Source of the DNA: a virus
Strand: one strand, 5' to 3'
Length of the DNA: 64,000 nt
Virus record (IMG/VR): IMGVR_UViG_3300021354_000450
Location: 32,001-96,000 of that record
The notes below the pieces were generated by a model. That model was not told where the DNA came from. It made no database searches and saw nothing but the letters and a program-made list of their open reading frames with translations. The position numbers and the translations under genes are program-made. Positions 8,084-19,100 of this stretch are shown piece after piece; position 1 is the stretch's first letter, and each line of letters begins with the position of its first letter.

Positions 8084-8343
8084 TGAAATTATGGTATTTT
8101 ATAAAATGGTGTTTTGTTAATGTCGCATATTCAATACTAAAGTTTAAATTTTGGCAATGGGCAAATATTGTTTCTGGGTTTTGGTTTGGTTGGGCAATTT
8201 TTGGGGATAAAGAAGATACTAAACATTGGTTAATAGCTATGTTGGTATTTTGGGGGTGTGCGGCAATCTTTACCGGAATAAGATATTTTTGGCGTAAATT
8301 TAACGAAGAACAACAATCGATTATTAACACTTTGAAAAAGTAA
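8083..8343 (+). CDS. small membrane protein
   Basis: Hydrophobic segments; TAATG coupling. Confidence 0.65.
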   Translation: MKLWYFIKWCFVNVAYSILKFKFWQWANIVSGFWFGWAIFGDKEDTKHWLIAMLVFWGCAAIFTGIRYFWRKFNEEQQSIINTLKK

Positions 8344-8811
8344 ATGAAAAAAACATATTACGAAAAAATTGGAAGAAAATATGTTCCTATCAGTGAATAT
8401 GACAGCGATTTTATGAATAGTTTTCCAGATGGATCTCATCTTGTTATAGTTAGACCCGGATGTACTTCACGCAAATATAAAATCGATCCTGACTATGCTT
8501 CTTTAGTTGCTGCCGGAGTTGTTGCAGAGGATGCTATTTGTAAAGCACTTATTAATGGAAGTAGTATCCGAAGAAAGAATTCAAATACTCCACTTACTGA
8601 TGAACAGAAAGAAGCTTGGGAAAGATTAATTGACCTATTTGGAGATGAAGCAAAATCATTAGAATGGCCAAGTGCAAAAGATATTGCTGAAACAGCAATT
8701 TTTTCAATGATTAAAGAATCTGAAAAATTGTACGCAAATCCTATTGTTAAAAAAGCATACGACCATTTTTTATTAATGTGTAAACTAACTAAAGAAGAAT
8801 CACTTGATTAA
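8344..8811 (+). CDS. hypothetical phage protein
   Basis: 155-aa ORF abutting the previous stop. Confidence 0.75.
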   Translation: MKKTYYEKIGRKYVPISEYDSDFMNSFPDGSHLVIVRPGCTSRKYKIDPDYASLVAAGVVAEDAICKALINGSSIRRKNSNTPLTDEQKEAWERLIDLFGDEAKSLEWPSAKDIAETAIFSMIKESEKLYANPIVKKAYDHFLLMCKLTKEESLD

Positions 8812-8974
8812 ATATCGCACAATTATAATAATGTTATTTACTTACTTGATAAGTGTATATTTTGGATTTTATTATTTTTTTCAAACGCATCATTTGGATT
8901 TAATGTCGATTGTATTTGGCATTGTTTCTATGTTATACTTACTTTCAGTTGTACTTTTTTAATAGGAAAATAAA

Positions 8975-9259
8975 GTGTTTTGGAACAAAGACAAAGATAA
9001 AGAAAAAGTTAAAAAAGAAGATAATGTTATTCCTTTTAAACCTAAACTTGTTAAATTACCTAAACCTACTGATAATTTTAAAGAAGATATTAAACAAGAT
9101 CCTCCAGTTTACCAAATTGGTAAAACAGAAGATGGACGAACATCATTTGTGATTGGTAATCCTTATTATAATGCAACACTTTACTTAACAGATTATGGTG
9201 TTAGAAGTCTTATACGGTTATTAGAAGCATCAATTGATCCTAATGAGGATGATGAATGA
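8975..9259 (+). CDS. hypothetical protein
   Basis: SD AGGA and GTG start. Confidence 0.7.
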   Translation: MFWNKDKDKEKVKKEDNVIPFKPKLVKLPKPTDNFKEDIKQDPPVYQIGKTEDGRTSFVIGNPYYNATLYLTDYGVRSLIRLLEASIDPNEDDE

Positions 9260-9477
9260 TAACAGCTAAAGATCTCGAAGAAATGGAACAAGATCTTATT
9301 GAAATTGATCGTGATAATTTAATTGAACTTTTTCAACTTAGAGATGAACTTAATCAAATTAACGAAGGAACACGTATTGTTTTACCAAAAAGTAGTGATC
9401 ATGCTAAGTTTATGCTACTTGTTGCAATGAATTATCTAGGACTTAGCACATCAAATGAACCAGTTACTTATCATTAA
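9256..9477 (+). CDS. hypothetical protein
   Basis: ATGA overlap. Confidence 0.65.
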   Translation: MITAKDLEEMEQDLIEIDRDNLIELFQLRDELNQINEGTRIVLPKSSDHAKFMLLVAMNYLGLSTSNEPVTYH

Positions 9478-9488
9478 AAGAGGAAATT

Positions 9489-9674
9489 ATGTCATTAAAA
9501 GTTAGTAATAAAAATAGAAAGAAAAAAGTTAAGTATGATACTATTTTAAATCCTGTTCAATCAAACGTAACCTTTGACTTTAGTGAAAAACCAAAATATC
9601 CGCCACTTCTTTCTTTTCAAGTTATTTTACCATTAATTGGTTTTTTATTCGTTTTAAGTTTGTTTTTTGTTTAA
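9489..9674 (+). CDS. small protein with C-terminal TM helix
   Basis: SD GAGG; hydrophobic C-terminus. Confidence 0.6.
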   Translation: MSLKVSNKNRKKKVKYDTILNPVQSNVTFDFSEKPKYPPLLSFQVILPLIGFLFVLSLFFV

Positions 9675-9676
9675 AT

Positions 9677-9859
9677 ATGAGTGGACGTGGGATAATTGCA
9701 ACAGAACCAGAGCAGTTTTGTGAAGTTTGTGGTATTCTTGCAGAATGTCGTCCGTATGGGCCAAACGATGAACAAATTTGCTTTGACTGTGCAATGAAAG
9801 ACGAAGAAACAACTCATCGTAAAATGGTCAAATATATTTTTGGAGATAACGATGATTGA
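9677..9859 (+). CDS. small Zn-ribbon protein
   Basis: CEVC ... CFDC. Confidence 0.7.
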   Translation: MSGRGIIATEPEQFCEVCGILAECRPYGPNDEQICFDCAMKDEETTHRKMVKYIFGDNDD

Positions 9860-10091
9860 AAGTATTATAGGGTTAATGTTTGTTTTTTTTGTACCTACAA
9901 TGGTAATGTTGTTTTTTGTTTATGAAAATTACATTGTTTATAAACATAATAAGCATTATAAAGAAATTGATGAAAAACGTAAAAAAGAACGAGATGAATG
10001 GTTTGATCACATTCAAGATCATGTTGAACAAAGAATTATCAATTTTGAACGTTTGAAAGAAATGTCAACTCACACTTCGGTAACAAAATAG
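9852..10091 (+). CDS. small membrane protein
   Basis: SD GGAG before ATG 9852; N-terminal TM helix. Confidence 0.6.
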   Translation: MIESIIGLMFVFFVPTMVMLFFVYENYIVYKHNKHYKEIDEKRKKERDEWFDHIQDHVEQRIINFERLKEMSTHTSVTK

Positions 10092-10120
10092 TTGCACTAT
10101 TCCTTATATAGTGTTATAAT
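10092..10120 (+). promoter_or_regulatory. sigma70-type promoter
   Basis: TTGCAC-17-TATAAT. Confidence 0.65.
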
Positions 10121-10146
10121 ATTAATTTTACAACAATTGAAACAAT

Positions 10147-10551
10147 ATGAAAATAGGTTTATCATATTCACGATGCGTTAGAGACATTGTTTTAGGTGTA
10201 GTTGATATTAAAGATGTTTTGGTTATTATAGGCCGCACTAATTTTAATCCAAAAATTTTAGAAGAATGGGAAGATATTTGGACTTATTATACCTCAAGAC
10301 ATATCGAATGGGGTGATCTTTTAATTTATAAAGACGATGTTAGACAAGTTAGTATTGCATTGTGGGAACAAGGTAAATTTCACCAACCTCGTAAATATGG
10401 TTCACATTCTCATCGCCGACCTGAAATTTGGCTAGAAACGGTATTGCCAAATAGTGAACTGGAAAATAATACAGCCGCTAAGAAAGCATGGGATGATTTT
10501 CAAATAATTGCTGGACTTACCAGTGTAACCCTCGATAAGGAGTACCAATGA
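10147..10551 (+). CDS. hypothetical phage protein
   Basis: 134-aa ORF downstream of a promoter. Confidence 0.8.
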   Translation: MKIGLSYSRCVRDIVLGVVDIKDVLVIIGRTNFNPKILEEWEDIWTYYTSRHIEWGDLLIYKDDVRQVSIALWEQGKFHQPRKYGSHSHRRPEIWLETVLPNSELENNTAAKKAWDDFQIIAGLTSVTLDKEYQ

Positions 10552-11060
10552 TTAGTTTAAAAGAATGGATGGAACTTGTTGACTTTCGTATTACTGACGG
10601 TAGTGACTTTTGTTGGCATTGTTTTGGCGATGATGCTTATACATTAGATAGCTGGAATGGTGATAATGAAACAGGACATAGTTTAAGCATCTGTTTTGAT
10701 ACCAAAACACAAGAAGTTTATCAAGTTGATATCAATGATTATAAAAATCAACGTGCATATCGTTTAATAAATCCAAAATATGTTTCAAAATATCAACAAG
10801 AAGCTACTAATCGTAATATCCGAGTGAATGGAGCTTGGGATGATATTGACTATGTTGATCTTGAAATCGATGCTGATTTAATTGAAAAAGGTAAAGCAGT
10901 TATTGCTGGAAAAGAGTATGATACAAATGTGCAAATTCAAATTGAATTTACAGATGAAGAGTTATTAACATATATGAAAATGGCACATTCAATGAACATT
11001 ACTTTTAATAATTTTGTTGAAAATGCATTACAACACGCAATAAAAGAAGGAAAAATTTAA
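10548..11060 (+). CDS. hypothetical protein, possible C-terminal ribbon-helix-helix
   Basis: SD AAGGAG; C-terminal IQIEF...[17 protein letters not shown]. Confidence 0.75.
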   Translation: MISLKEWMELVDFRITDGSDFCWHCFGDDAYTLDSWNGDNETGHSLSICFDTKTQEVYQVDINDYKNQRAYRLINPKYVSKYQQEATNRNIRVNGAWDDIDYVDLEIDADLIEKGKAVIAGKEYDTNVQIQIEFTDEELLTYMKMAHSMNITFNNFVENALQHAIKEGKI

Positions 11061-11659
11061 TGCTAGTACCTATGGTGGTTGAAAAAACAAGTGGTGGAGA
11101 ACGTGCTTATGACATATATTCAAGATTACTTAAAGAACGAATTGTATTTTTAAATGGACCGGTTGATGATAACTCTGCAAATTTAATTGTAGCACAATTA
11201 TTATTTTTAGAATCAGAAGATTCTGACAAGGATATTAACTTTTATATAAACAGTCCTGGCGGTGTTATTACATCTGGTATGAGCATTTATGATGTAATGC
11301 AGTTTGTTAAATGTGATGTTGCAACTTATGTTATGGGACAGGCTTGTAGTATGGGGAGTTTCTTAGCACAAGCAGGTACTCCAGGAAAACGCTTTATGCT
11401 TCCATATGCACGTCATATGATTCATCAACCTAGTGGCGGTGCTGGTGGTAAACAAAGCGATATTGAGATTCAATATAAAGAAATTACTAAAATGAAAACA
11501 ATGCTTACTGAATTGTATGTTCATCACAACACCGCAGGCAAAACATATGAAGACTTTGCCCGAGATATGGATCGTGATACTTTTATGAGTGCTCAAGAGG
11601 CACTTGAATATGGTTTAGTTGATATTATAGTTGATAAACGCCCAACAGAACTATTGTAG
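11060..11659 (+). CDS. clpP: ATP-dependent Clp protease proteolytic subunit
   Basis: [31 protein letters not shown] (Ser), MIHQP (His), DRD. Confidence 0.97.
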   Translation: MLVPMVVEKTSGGERAYDIYSRLLKERIVFLNGPVDDNSANLIVAQLLFLESEDSDKDINFYINSPGGVITSGMSIYDVMQFVKCDVATYVMGQACSMGSFLAQAGTPGKRFMLPYARHMIHQPSGGAGGKQSDIEIQYKEITKMKTMLTELYVHHNTAGKTYEDFARDMDRDTFMSAQEALEYGLVDIIVDKRPTELL

Positions 11660-11730
11660 TATAGCTTAATTTGTACCTTTGAGGTGATAATTACATATGT
11701 TGTTGCTTAATCAACATCTCAAAGGTTCCA

Positions 11731-12060
11731 ATGAATTCGAATAAATTAAAAATACATATTGAAAAATTAAATGAGATAAGCAATCAAAGGAAAGGATGGT
11801 TATTCTTTAGTTTTTTTGTATCTATTTCAATAATAGGAATTATTTTTGGTTGGAATTTAATTCACGAAAATCAATTTTTTTGGATTCTTACTTGTTTAGG
11901 TTTATTAATTTCAATGATTTGGTGGTATTGGACTATAAAGGTACTTCGTCATTTACTTGAACACAAGAAAATGGAATCTGAGATCTTAGGAGAAATAATT
12001 GAAGAAATCCGTAAGATTAAAGATGATGTTAGAAAACCTCCTTATATAAAACTTGACTAA
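11731..12060 (+). CDS. two-TM membrane protein (holin/antiholin-like topology)
   Basis: Two hydrophobic helices and a charged C-terminal coil. Confidence 0.65.
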   Translation: MNSNKLKIHIEKLNEISNQRKGWLFFSFFVSISIIGIIFGWNLIHENQFFWILTCLGLLISMIWWYWTIKVLRHLLEHKKMESEILGEIIEEIRKIKDDVRKPPYIKLD

Positions 12061-12081
12061 ATGAATAATCCCTGCTATACT
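12053..12081 (+). promoter_or_regulatory. sigma70-type promoter of queD
   Basis: TTGACT-17-TATACT with extended TG. Confidence 0.7.
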
Positions 12082-12122
12082 ATTCGTTTAGTATTTCTTT
12101 TTTAAATTTATAGGTAAACAAA

Positions 12123-12674
12123 ATGACTTGGATCATTGACAAAACTTTTGAATTTTGTTATGGACACAGAGTTCATACACAGACGCTTAATGGTGAATAT
12201 GCTGACGATTTAAAATGTGCATGTCGTCATCTTCACGGGCACGAAGGAAAAATGCAGGTGTTTTTATCTGCACCTATTTTAGACAATACAGGAATGGTTA
12301 CTGACTTTAGACATTTAGAATGGCTAAAGCAATGGATTAACAAATATATTGATCATCAATTCGTAATTGACAAAAATGATCCGTTATATCCTCAATTAAT
12401 TGGTAATAGAAATTTAATTCCTGTACTTGTACCAGGTACTGAGCATGTTGCAGGTTATCACTTAGATTTGAGCGATCTGCAAGAAAAGACTCCTGAATAC
12501 GAATATTTTGAAGGATTTTTAATTGTTGATTTTGTTCCAACAAGTGAACAATTATCAAAATGGATGGCTGAACTTGTGCAAGTAAAAATGTCTAAGTTAG
12601 GCGTAACTGTTCAACGAATTGAATGGTGGGAAACTCCAAAATCAAGAGCTGTTTATTACAGAAATGGTTTATAA
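12123..12674 (+). CDS. queD: 6-carboxy-5,6,7,8-tetrahydropterin synthase (long QueD type)
   Basis: FCYGHRV, CRHLHGH, GMVTDF, DHQF, PTSE, WETP. Confidence 0.92.
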   Translation: MTWIIDKTFEFCYGHRVHTQTLNGEYADDLKCACRHLHGHEGKMQVFLSAPILDNTGMVTDFRHLEWLKQWINKYIDHQFVIDKNDPLYPQLIGNRNLIPVLVPGTEHVAGYHLDLSDLQEKTPEYEYFEGFLIVDFVPTSEQLSKWMAELVQVKMSKLGVTVQRIEWWETPKSRAVYYRNGL

Positions 12675-12722
12675 ATTACAAATTGTAGTTGTAAATTTTT
12701 ACCAGTAGTGTTATAATATCTT

Positions 12723-12890
12723 ATGAAAACATATACTTCAACGTTAGAAACAGATCCTAATACAGGTGAATTAATGTTGCCTATTCCATCTGAACTTTTA
12801 GAAAATTTAGGATGGAATGAAGGTGATACAATAATTTTTTCTTTTTTAGATAACGAAACTATAACACTACGTAAAAAAACTAATGAATAA
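12723..12890 (+). CDS. AbrB/MazE/SpoVT-like small DNA-binding protein (not in ORF track)
   Basis: Hand-translated ...GELMLPIPSELLENLGWNEGDTIIF...; ATG 5 nt after a TTGTAA-17-TATAAT promoter (12689-12717). Confidence 0.75.
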   Translation: MKTYTSTLETDPNTGELMLPIPSELLENLGWNEGDTIIFSFLDNETITLRKKTNE

Positions 12891-13917
12891 TATTAAACGC
12901 CTCGGATTTGCATGTAAATGGATTGATGGACCAAGTCAAATTAACGGAATAAAACAAACTGATACTGCAAAAAAATACAATACCGGTACTACAACTGTTG
13001 CATGGCTTAAACGTCAATCTAAAGATGTTGCAGAACAAAAGCTTTGGGATTTAATAACTGATAATGTTGAAGCAACTCGTAAATTAATTGAAAAAGTTGG
13101 TAAATTAGATGATCATCTCCGTATGGTTCGCATTAGTAGCGACATTCTTCCTGTTTACACTCATAATGATTGGTCTTATTTTTATCGTAAGACAGATGTG
13201 TTGGCATTACTTCAACAAAAATTCAACACTGTTGGAGATATTGCTCGCAATAGTAACGTCCGTTTGTCTTTTCACCCTGGTCAATTTTGTGTATTGGCAA
13301 GTGATCGCCCTGAAGTAGTTGAACGTTCGATTGAAGAATTTGAATATCATGTTGATATGGCCCGCTGGATGGGATATGGAAAAACTTTTCAAGATATGAA
13401 AATAAATGTGCATATTGCCGGAAAAGCTGGTCCTCAAGGTTTTCTTAATACTTTAAAAAGACTATCTCCAGAAGCAAGAAATACAATTACTATCGAAAAT
13501 GAAGAAATGAAACACGGTTTAGATGATTGCCTAAGCATCGCTGATCATATACCAGTTGTACTTGATATTCATCATCATTGGATAAGAGAAGGAGAATATA
13601 TTTCTCCAGAAGATGATCGTGTTAAACGTGTTATAGAAAGTTGGCGTGGTGTTAGACCTACATGCCATTTTAGTGTTTCACGTGAAGACATTCTTGTTGG
13701 GCATGATCCTTATACTGCACCAAATCATTCGCAACTGTTGTTAGACGGATATAAAAAAGGAAAACTTAGAGCACATTCAAATTTTTACTGGAATAAACCA
13801 GTTAATAAATGGGCACTAAGTTTTCTTAAAACACATGATATTATGTGTGAGTCAAAAGCAAAAAATCTTGCTAGTTTTGCTCTTGCTGAACAAGCAAAAG
13901 TTCTTACTTTGCTTTAG
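12883..13917 (+). CDS. uvsE: UV damage endonuclease
   Basis: RLGFAC, VRISSDILP, RLSFHPGQF, INVH, TIENEE, LDIHHH, RAHS, MCESK. Confidence 0.93.
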   Translation: MNNIKRLGFACKWIDGPSQINGIKQTDTAKKYNTGTTTVAWLKRQSKDVAEQKLWDLITDNVEATRKLIEKVGKLDDHLRMVRISSDILPVYTHNDWSYFYRKTDVLALLQQKFNTVGDIARNSNVRLSFHPGQFCVLASDRPEVVERSIEEFEYHVDMARWMGYGKTFQDMKINVHIAGKAGPQGFLNTLKRLSPEARNTITIENEEMKHGLDDCLSIADHIPVVLDIHHHWIREGEYISPEDDRVKRVIESWRGVRPTCHFSVSREDILVGHDPYTAPNHSQLLLDGYKKGKLRAHSNFYWNKPVNKWALSFLKTHDIMCESKAKNLASFALAEQAKVLTLL

Positions 13918-14200
13918 GTTTTCTTCCGCGAGTTTTTTTAACAACAGGTTCAGCTGTTTCTTTTAAAACTTCTAATTTAACAGCTTCTTTTTTAACACTT
14001 GGTTTTCTACCACGTGGTTTACTTGAAGGTTTTTCAGTTTGAACAGCTTCTTCAATTGTTTCAATAATTGCAGGCTCTACAATTGAAATAACTTCTTTAA
14101 TAATTGTTTCAACAACAGGGATAACATCATCAACCTTAGGAGTTTCTACCACAGGCTTAGATGATTTAATTCTAAATAATTTCTTTAAAAACTTAATCAT
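13904..14200 (-). CDS. basic low-complexity protein with two RGRKP (AT-hook-like) motifs
   Basis: SD AAGGA and late TAAATA on the minus strand; KPRGRKP, TRGRKPK. Confidence 0.7.
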   Translation of the reverse strand: MIKFLKKLFRIKSSKPVVETPKVDDVIPVVETIIKEVISIVEPAIIETIEEAVQTEKPSSKPRGRKPSVKKEAVKLEVLKETAEPVVKKTRGRKPKAK

Positions 14201-14302
14201 GATTTTTTCCTTTTAAAAGTATGCAGACTATTTAAGCCAATAAATACTACGAGATACAAAAAAAGAATTGATTTATTTAAACAAATGTAGTATACTTTAT
14301 AT

Positions 14303-15019
14303 ATGATAAAACTTAAAAAAATAACAGCAGTATCAGAAATACAACCATTAATTAAAAATATTAATTTAGAAATTAATCCTGGAGAAATACATGCTGTTAT
14401 GGGGGCAAAACACAGTGGAAAATCTGCATTGGCCCATATTATTGCAGGACATCCGAGTATTCAACTTACTGAAGGAATAATTCGGTGGAACAATAAGAAA
14501 TTTCCATCTGAAGCTGAACAAAGAGCTAAATTAGGAATTTTTGTAAGTTTTCAATATCCGCCTGAATTTGAATCAATTACAAATTTTGATTTAATAAAAG
14601 AGTGTTTAGGAACACAAGAAAAAGATATTGCTGAACTTTTTTTTAAATATAATGAATACTGTGAATTATTAGATCTTTCTCCGTATCATGGAGATTGTAC
14701 TCCAAGTTTAGGCTCGATGAATATGAGCCAGGCAAAACGCAATGAACTTTTATATATGTTTTTGTCAAATCCAAAACTAATTATTTTAGATGAAATTGAT
14801 ACAGGTTTATCAGAAGAAGAAGTTGTATTAGTTGGTTCATTATTAAAAGATTTCTTAACCACTAAAAAAGGTTGTCTTGTTATTACACATAATAAAACAT
14901 TATTATCAATTCTAAACCCAACACATGTACACGTAATGGTAGATGGAGAAATAAAACTGTCGGGCGAAACAGAACTTTACACAAGGATCATTGAAGATGG
15001 GTATTCAGAGTTTTCTTAA
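14303..15019 (+). CDS. sufC: SufC-like ABC ATPase (degenerate motifs)
   Basis: GEIHAVMG..SGKS, GIFVSFQYPPE, KRNE, IILDEIDTGL, VITH, PTHVHVM. Confidence 0.85.
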   Translation: MIKLKKITAVSEIQPLIKNINLEINPGEIHAVMGAKHSGKSALAHIIAGHPSIQLTEGIIRWNNKKFPSEAEQRAKLGIFVSFQYPPEFESITNFDLIKECLGTQEKDIAELFFKYNEYCELLDLSPYHGDCTPSLGSMNMSQAKRNELLYMFLSNPKLIILDEIDTGLSEEEVVLVGSLLKDFLTTKKGCLVITHNKTLLSILNPTHVHVMVDGEIKLSGETELYTRIIEDGYSEFS

Positions 15020-15821
15020 AGCACAAAAAGGTGATCCTGATTGGGCATTTACACCAGAAGAGTATTTTGACAAAGAATTTAAAATTATTGATGCGAGTTT
15101 AATTGAATTAGGTCAAGGAAAAACAGATAGTGTTATTCTTCGTCAAACTCCAACAGAAAAAGAAATGTTGGCTAAACATCTACATATAGATGTTCGTGAG
15201 AATGCTATTTTAGATTTAGCAATTATAAATGAAGCGACTGATAAACTTCGACAGGTTTTTATATATGATATCCGTGTAAGAGACGGTGCCCATATAAATA
15301 TGGGTGTGTTTATCAAAGGCGGTAAGTTAAATAAGCATATTATTCAAGTTACACTTGACGAAGGTGCTAATTTTAATGCATATGGTCATGCAATAAACAC
15401 TGTCGGTGGGGATTGCGAAATTGTTACAAAAGTTGATCATCAAGGTGCTTATAGTATAAGCAATCAATTCTTTACATGCGAAGCTGGAAAAAATAGTCAA
15501 ACAGTATTTCAAGGTATGGCAAATGTTTCTGCTGAATCAATTTATTCGCAAGTTGGTATTGAAAATATAAATTTAGTAACAAGCATTAGCGGTATTTGCT
15601 ATAGTATGCCTGAAGTGTTTAATCAGGTCGGATCTGTAAGAGTAAACACCGGTTCGACTACTGAAATGTTAGATTTAGAAAGAATTTATTACTTGCAAAC
15701 TAGAGGACTAACTGAATCCGCTGCTGAAGCATTATTAATTACAAATCACAGGGAACAGGTACTGGATATAATTCATAGTCCTGAGATTAAAGAAGAAATT
15801 GAACAAATTTTACTCGGTTAA
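14991..15821 (+). CDS. SufB/SufD-like beta-helix protein
   Basis: VDHQG, TVFQG, YYLQTRGLTESAAEALL; adjacent to sufC. Confidence 0.8.
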   Translation: MKMGIQSFLKAQKGDPDWAFTPEEYFDKEFKIIDASLIELGQGKTDSVILRQTPTEKEMLAKHLHIDVRENAILDLAIINEATDKLRQVFIYDIRVRDGAHINMGVFIKGGKLNKHIIQVTLDEGANFNAYGHAINTVGGDCEIVTKVDHQGAYSISNQFFTCEAGKNSQTVFQGMANVSAESIYSQVGIENINLVTSISGICYSMPEVFNQVGSVRVNTGSTTEMLDLERIYYLQTRGLTESAAEALLITNHREQVLDIIHSPEIKEEIEQILLG

Positions 15822-16108
15822 AGTTTGCTAATATCATCATTACTAGAAGCAGGGCGATCCCATATTGTCCTGCGTTCTACGCCTTTACGTTGAGCAAAAC
15901 GTTTTTGATCACATTTATTACAAACGTGAAAATAATTGTTACTTAGTCGATTTGGTGACATTTGTTCTTTTGCACGTTCGAATACCTCCCCACAATTATC
16001 ACATCTTAATATTGCAATAGTTTTTACCCTTGTATACTCATGTACGTTTCCTAACTTACTTTGTCTCGAAAAACAAGTTAAAATATTTTTAATAGTTATT
16101 AGCATCAA
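15818..16108 (-). CDS. Zn-binding hypothetical protein
   Basis: CDNC ... HVCNKC; late TAAATA upstream on the minus strand. Confidence 0.75.
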   Translation of the reverse strand: MMLITIKNILTCFSRQSKLGNVHEYTRVKTIAILRCDNCGEVFERAKEQMSPNRLSNNYFHVCNKCDQKRFAQRKGVERRTIWDRPASSNDDISKL

Positions 16109-16139
16109 GTATTTACATTAAGGTTACAAAATAATTTGG

Positions 16140-16145
16140 TAAATA
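16140..16145 (+). promoter_or_regulatory. T4-like late promoter core TAAATA
   Basis: Precedes the structural operon; same core at 27779, 30868, 34927, 43304, 43813, 53903 (+) and 14229, 16110, 34863 (-). Confidence 0.6.
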
Positions 16146-16175
16146 CTCCAAACAGCAGCCTGTTCAGGAGATACT

Positions 16176-19100
16176 ATGGCAAATAAACAAAATATTAATA
16201 TCGGAATTCAATCAAACGACGGAACTGGAGATAGTATCCGCGATGCTTTTAGAAAAACTAATGAAAACTTTGATGCATTATTTGATGCATTAGTAAGTCC
16301 TCAAGGATTTAGATTTTTCGGAACATTAGAAGACACACCACAATCAGCATTACCAAAGAAAATGCTTGTCACAGATGCACTTGGTCAACGTGTAACACAA
16401 GTTGCATTAACAAGTGGAACTGGAATTTCTATAGATTTTAATTATGGATCAAGTGAATGGGTTATTAATAATAGTGCAAGTTCGTTATTAACAGATCCAA
16501 ACCCAACTTTAGGTGCAGATTTAATTGGTTCTTCAGGAACAAGTTCATGGAGAGCAAAAGAATTTGCAAATCCTATAGCAGATCAAGATTTAGTAACTAG
16601 AAAATTTCTATATGATAACTTTTTAAATCGAGATGGTGTAACAAAATATGGAAACGAATTAAACACTACAACTAATATTGCTGGAAGTGTTTTTAGAGAA
16701 AATGTTAGTATTATTCCAAATGGTATTTTTACAGCAACTGTAACTAATAATTCTGGAAAGTATATTACTGTTCGCAATGCAAATGGGTCAACTAGCACTA
16801 TTGACTTGACTTTACAAGCAACAGAAAGCAGTCATATTACACGTAAAGATTATGTTGATTCTAAAATAAGTTTACAAGGGGTTGATACAATTGATCCTGC
16901 GACAGGCGAAATAAATTCCGGATTCGGTAAAATGACCGGTCCGTTAATACTTTCTCGTAATCCTGTAACACAAGATGATTACGATTTTAACGGTTTTATT
17001 GCAGCAACAAAACAATATGTTGATAAAAATGACTTTTATAGCGACAATAACTTGTTTATTACAAAAAAAGGTCGAGATTATCAACCAGATATTCCGCCAG
17101 ATCGACGAGGAAGAAGTCCTGCTTATGCATTTGCAAGTCTTAACAAAGCTGCACAATATGCTGAAAAACTTCAAGCTGCTGCACAAATCGAAGTAGGTGA
17201 TTATGCTAGGCTTATTACTCATACAAATGGAATTTCAGCTACTGTTATTGATTCCACTAAAAATCAGTATGGAAATAATATTTCACGTTTGCGTTTATCA
17301 GTTGGATCATATGGGTCGGATCAATTTGGAGCCGCAGCAATTGGAAAATTTACAATTTTTCCAGGACAATATGTTCAAGGGGTATCAAGTGGTGCAATTG
17401 CATTAATTGAAAACATTGAAAAAGGAACAAATAGCGGCGATCCTGAAATTTACAAAATTTCATACGTTGATTATGGTGATGATTTTAATACAAGTATCAA
17501 AACTTCAACTCCTGATTTTTCAAAACCAAATCAAATTAAAATGAGTTTTGCAAGTGAGCCTCAGCAAATTGCTCCTGTTCCAAAATTTTGGGTTGGATAT
17601 AAATTTTATACAGATACTGGAATACCAAATGGTACAATTCTTAGTGTCGGGTACGATGTTGATAACAACGGAATATATCATAATTATTTTATAGTTGAAT
17701 TTGAATCATTAAAACCTGGTAATGACATAACATTTACAGAAAAACAATGGCATGTTTATTCTGGAGATTTTTCACCTGGCGAAACTATTGTTTATAATAC
17801 AAATGTAAGTGCATTACAAATAACTTTTGTAATCGAATCAGGCGAATATTTTGAACAATATCCAATAAAACTTAGTGCAAATACATCAATTCGTGGTGAT
17901 GAATTTAGACGTGTTATTATTCGTCCTGCTCCTGGAGTATCATCAAGTAAATGGGCAAATATCTACTTCCGAAGAGATGCACAAGTTGATGGTTTACAAA
18001 CAACTGAATTAGATTATAGCACTGATTATGCTCACGGTGGAACTTTAAATAATTCAAATGCACAACCGAGTGGGTTGTCAGGATTAATTTCTGTTTCTAT
18101 TAATACCGGAAAAGTTCCGAGTGAAATCAAAGGTTATATGTTTGTCGGAAACGGCGGACAAGGTATAATTGAAACAGTTGCTTTAGATGGTAGTGGTTTT
18201 ACAGTTAATGTCGGAACTACGTTAACTTCATCTTCTCCGATTCCTTATGGAAGCTGGCATGTTTATAAACCAATCACATTTGGATACCATTATTTAAGAA
18301 ATCCTAAAAAACCAATGAACTTATTGGTAACTGAAAATAATCCAGGTGGACTGGAAAATGCAGCAACCTTATTAAAATTAAACCGAAATTTCATCAAAAG
18401 TGAAGTTATTCAATATTTAGATAATAACTATGTTATAGGACAAACATTTACATACAATACAAGTACATGTTCACGTGATGTTGGATTATTTGTTGATAGT
18501 TTTGCACATGATTTAATTTATGGTGGTTCAGAGAGATCAATATATGCCGGTGATATTTATAAAAATATTCCATTAGTACAAACAAGTGAATCAACACAAA
18601 CCGCTGCCGCAGTAACTTATTTAGGAAGTATCGCACAACAAATTATTTTAAATACGACTGTAACCTCATTAACAAGTGCTGAACAAATTTTTGATATTTC
18701 GTTAGTTGCAGAACCGACTGCTGGTATAATTTTAGCAGATTTAGTACAAGCAACTACTAGAATTATTTCAAATGATCTTGATTTTAATCCTCCAAAAGAA
18801 AATAATGAGTTAGATGTTTTCTTAATGAATGATGCAAATGTTATCCGGTATGTAAGTTGTCAAAATCATGGCGGGTTCATGCAAGTGTTGGATCCTGAAG
18901 GACAGATTAAAAATAAATCACCTTACACACAAACTGCATCATCATTTTCACAAAGTATAAGTAAACACGCTTTCCGTGGTGGTATGTTAGTTGACGGGTT
19001 TTCTGGGAATGTCCAAGCAACTACTAATAATTGGAATATTACTAATCCGTTAGAATTAGATATCACTGGATTATTAAGAAGACCACAAGTACCAACATTT

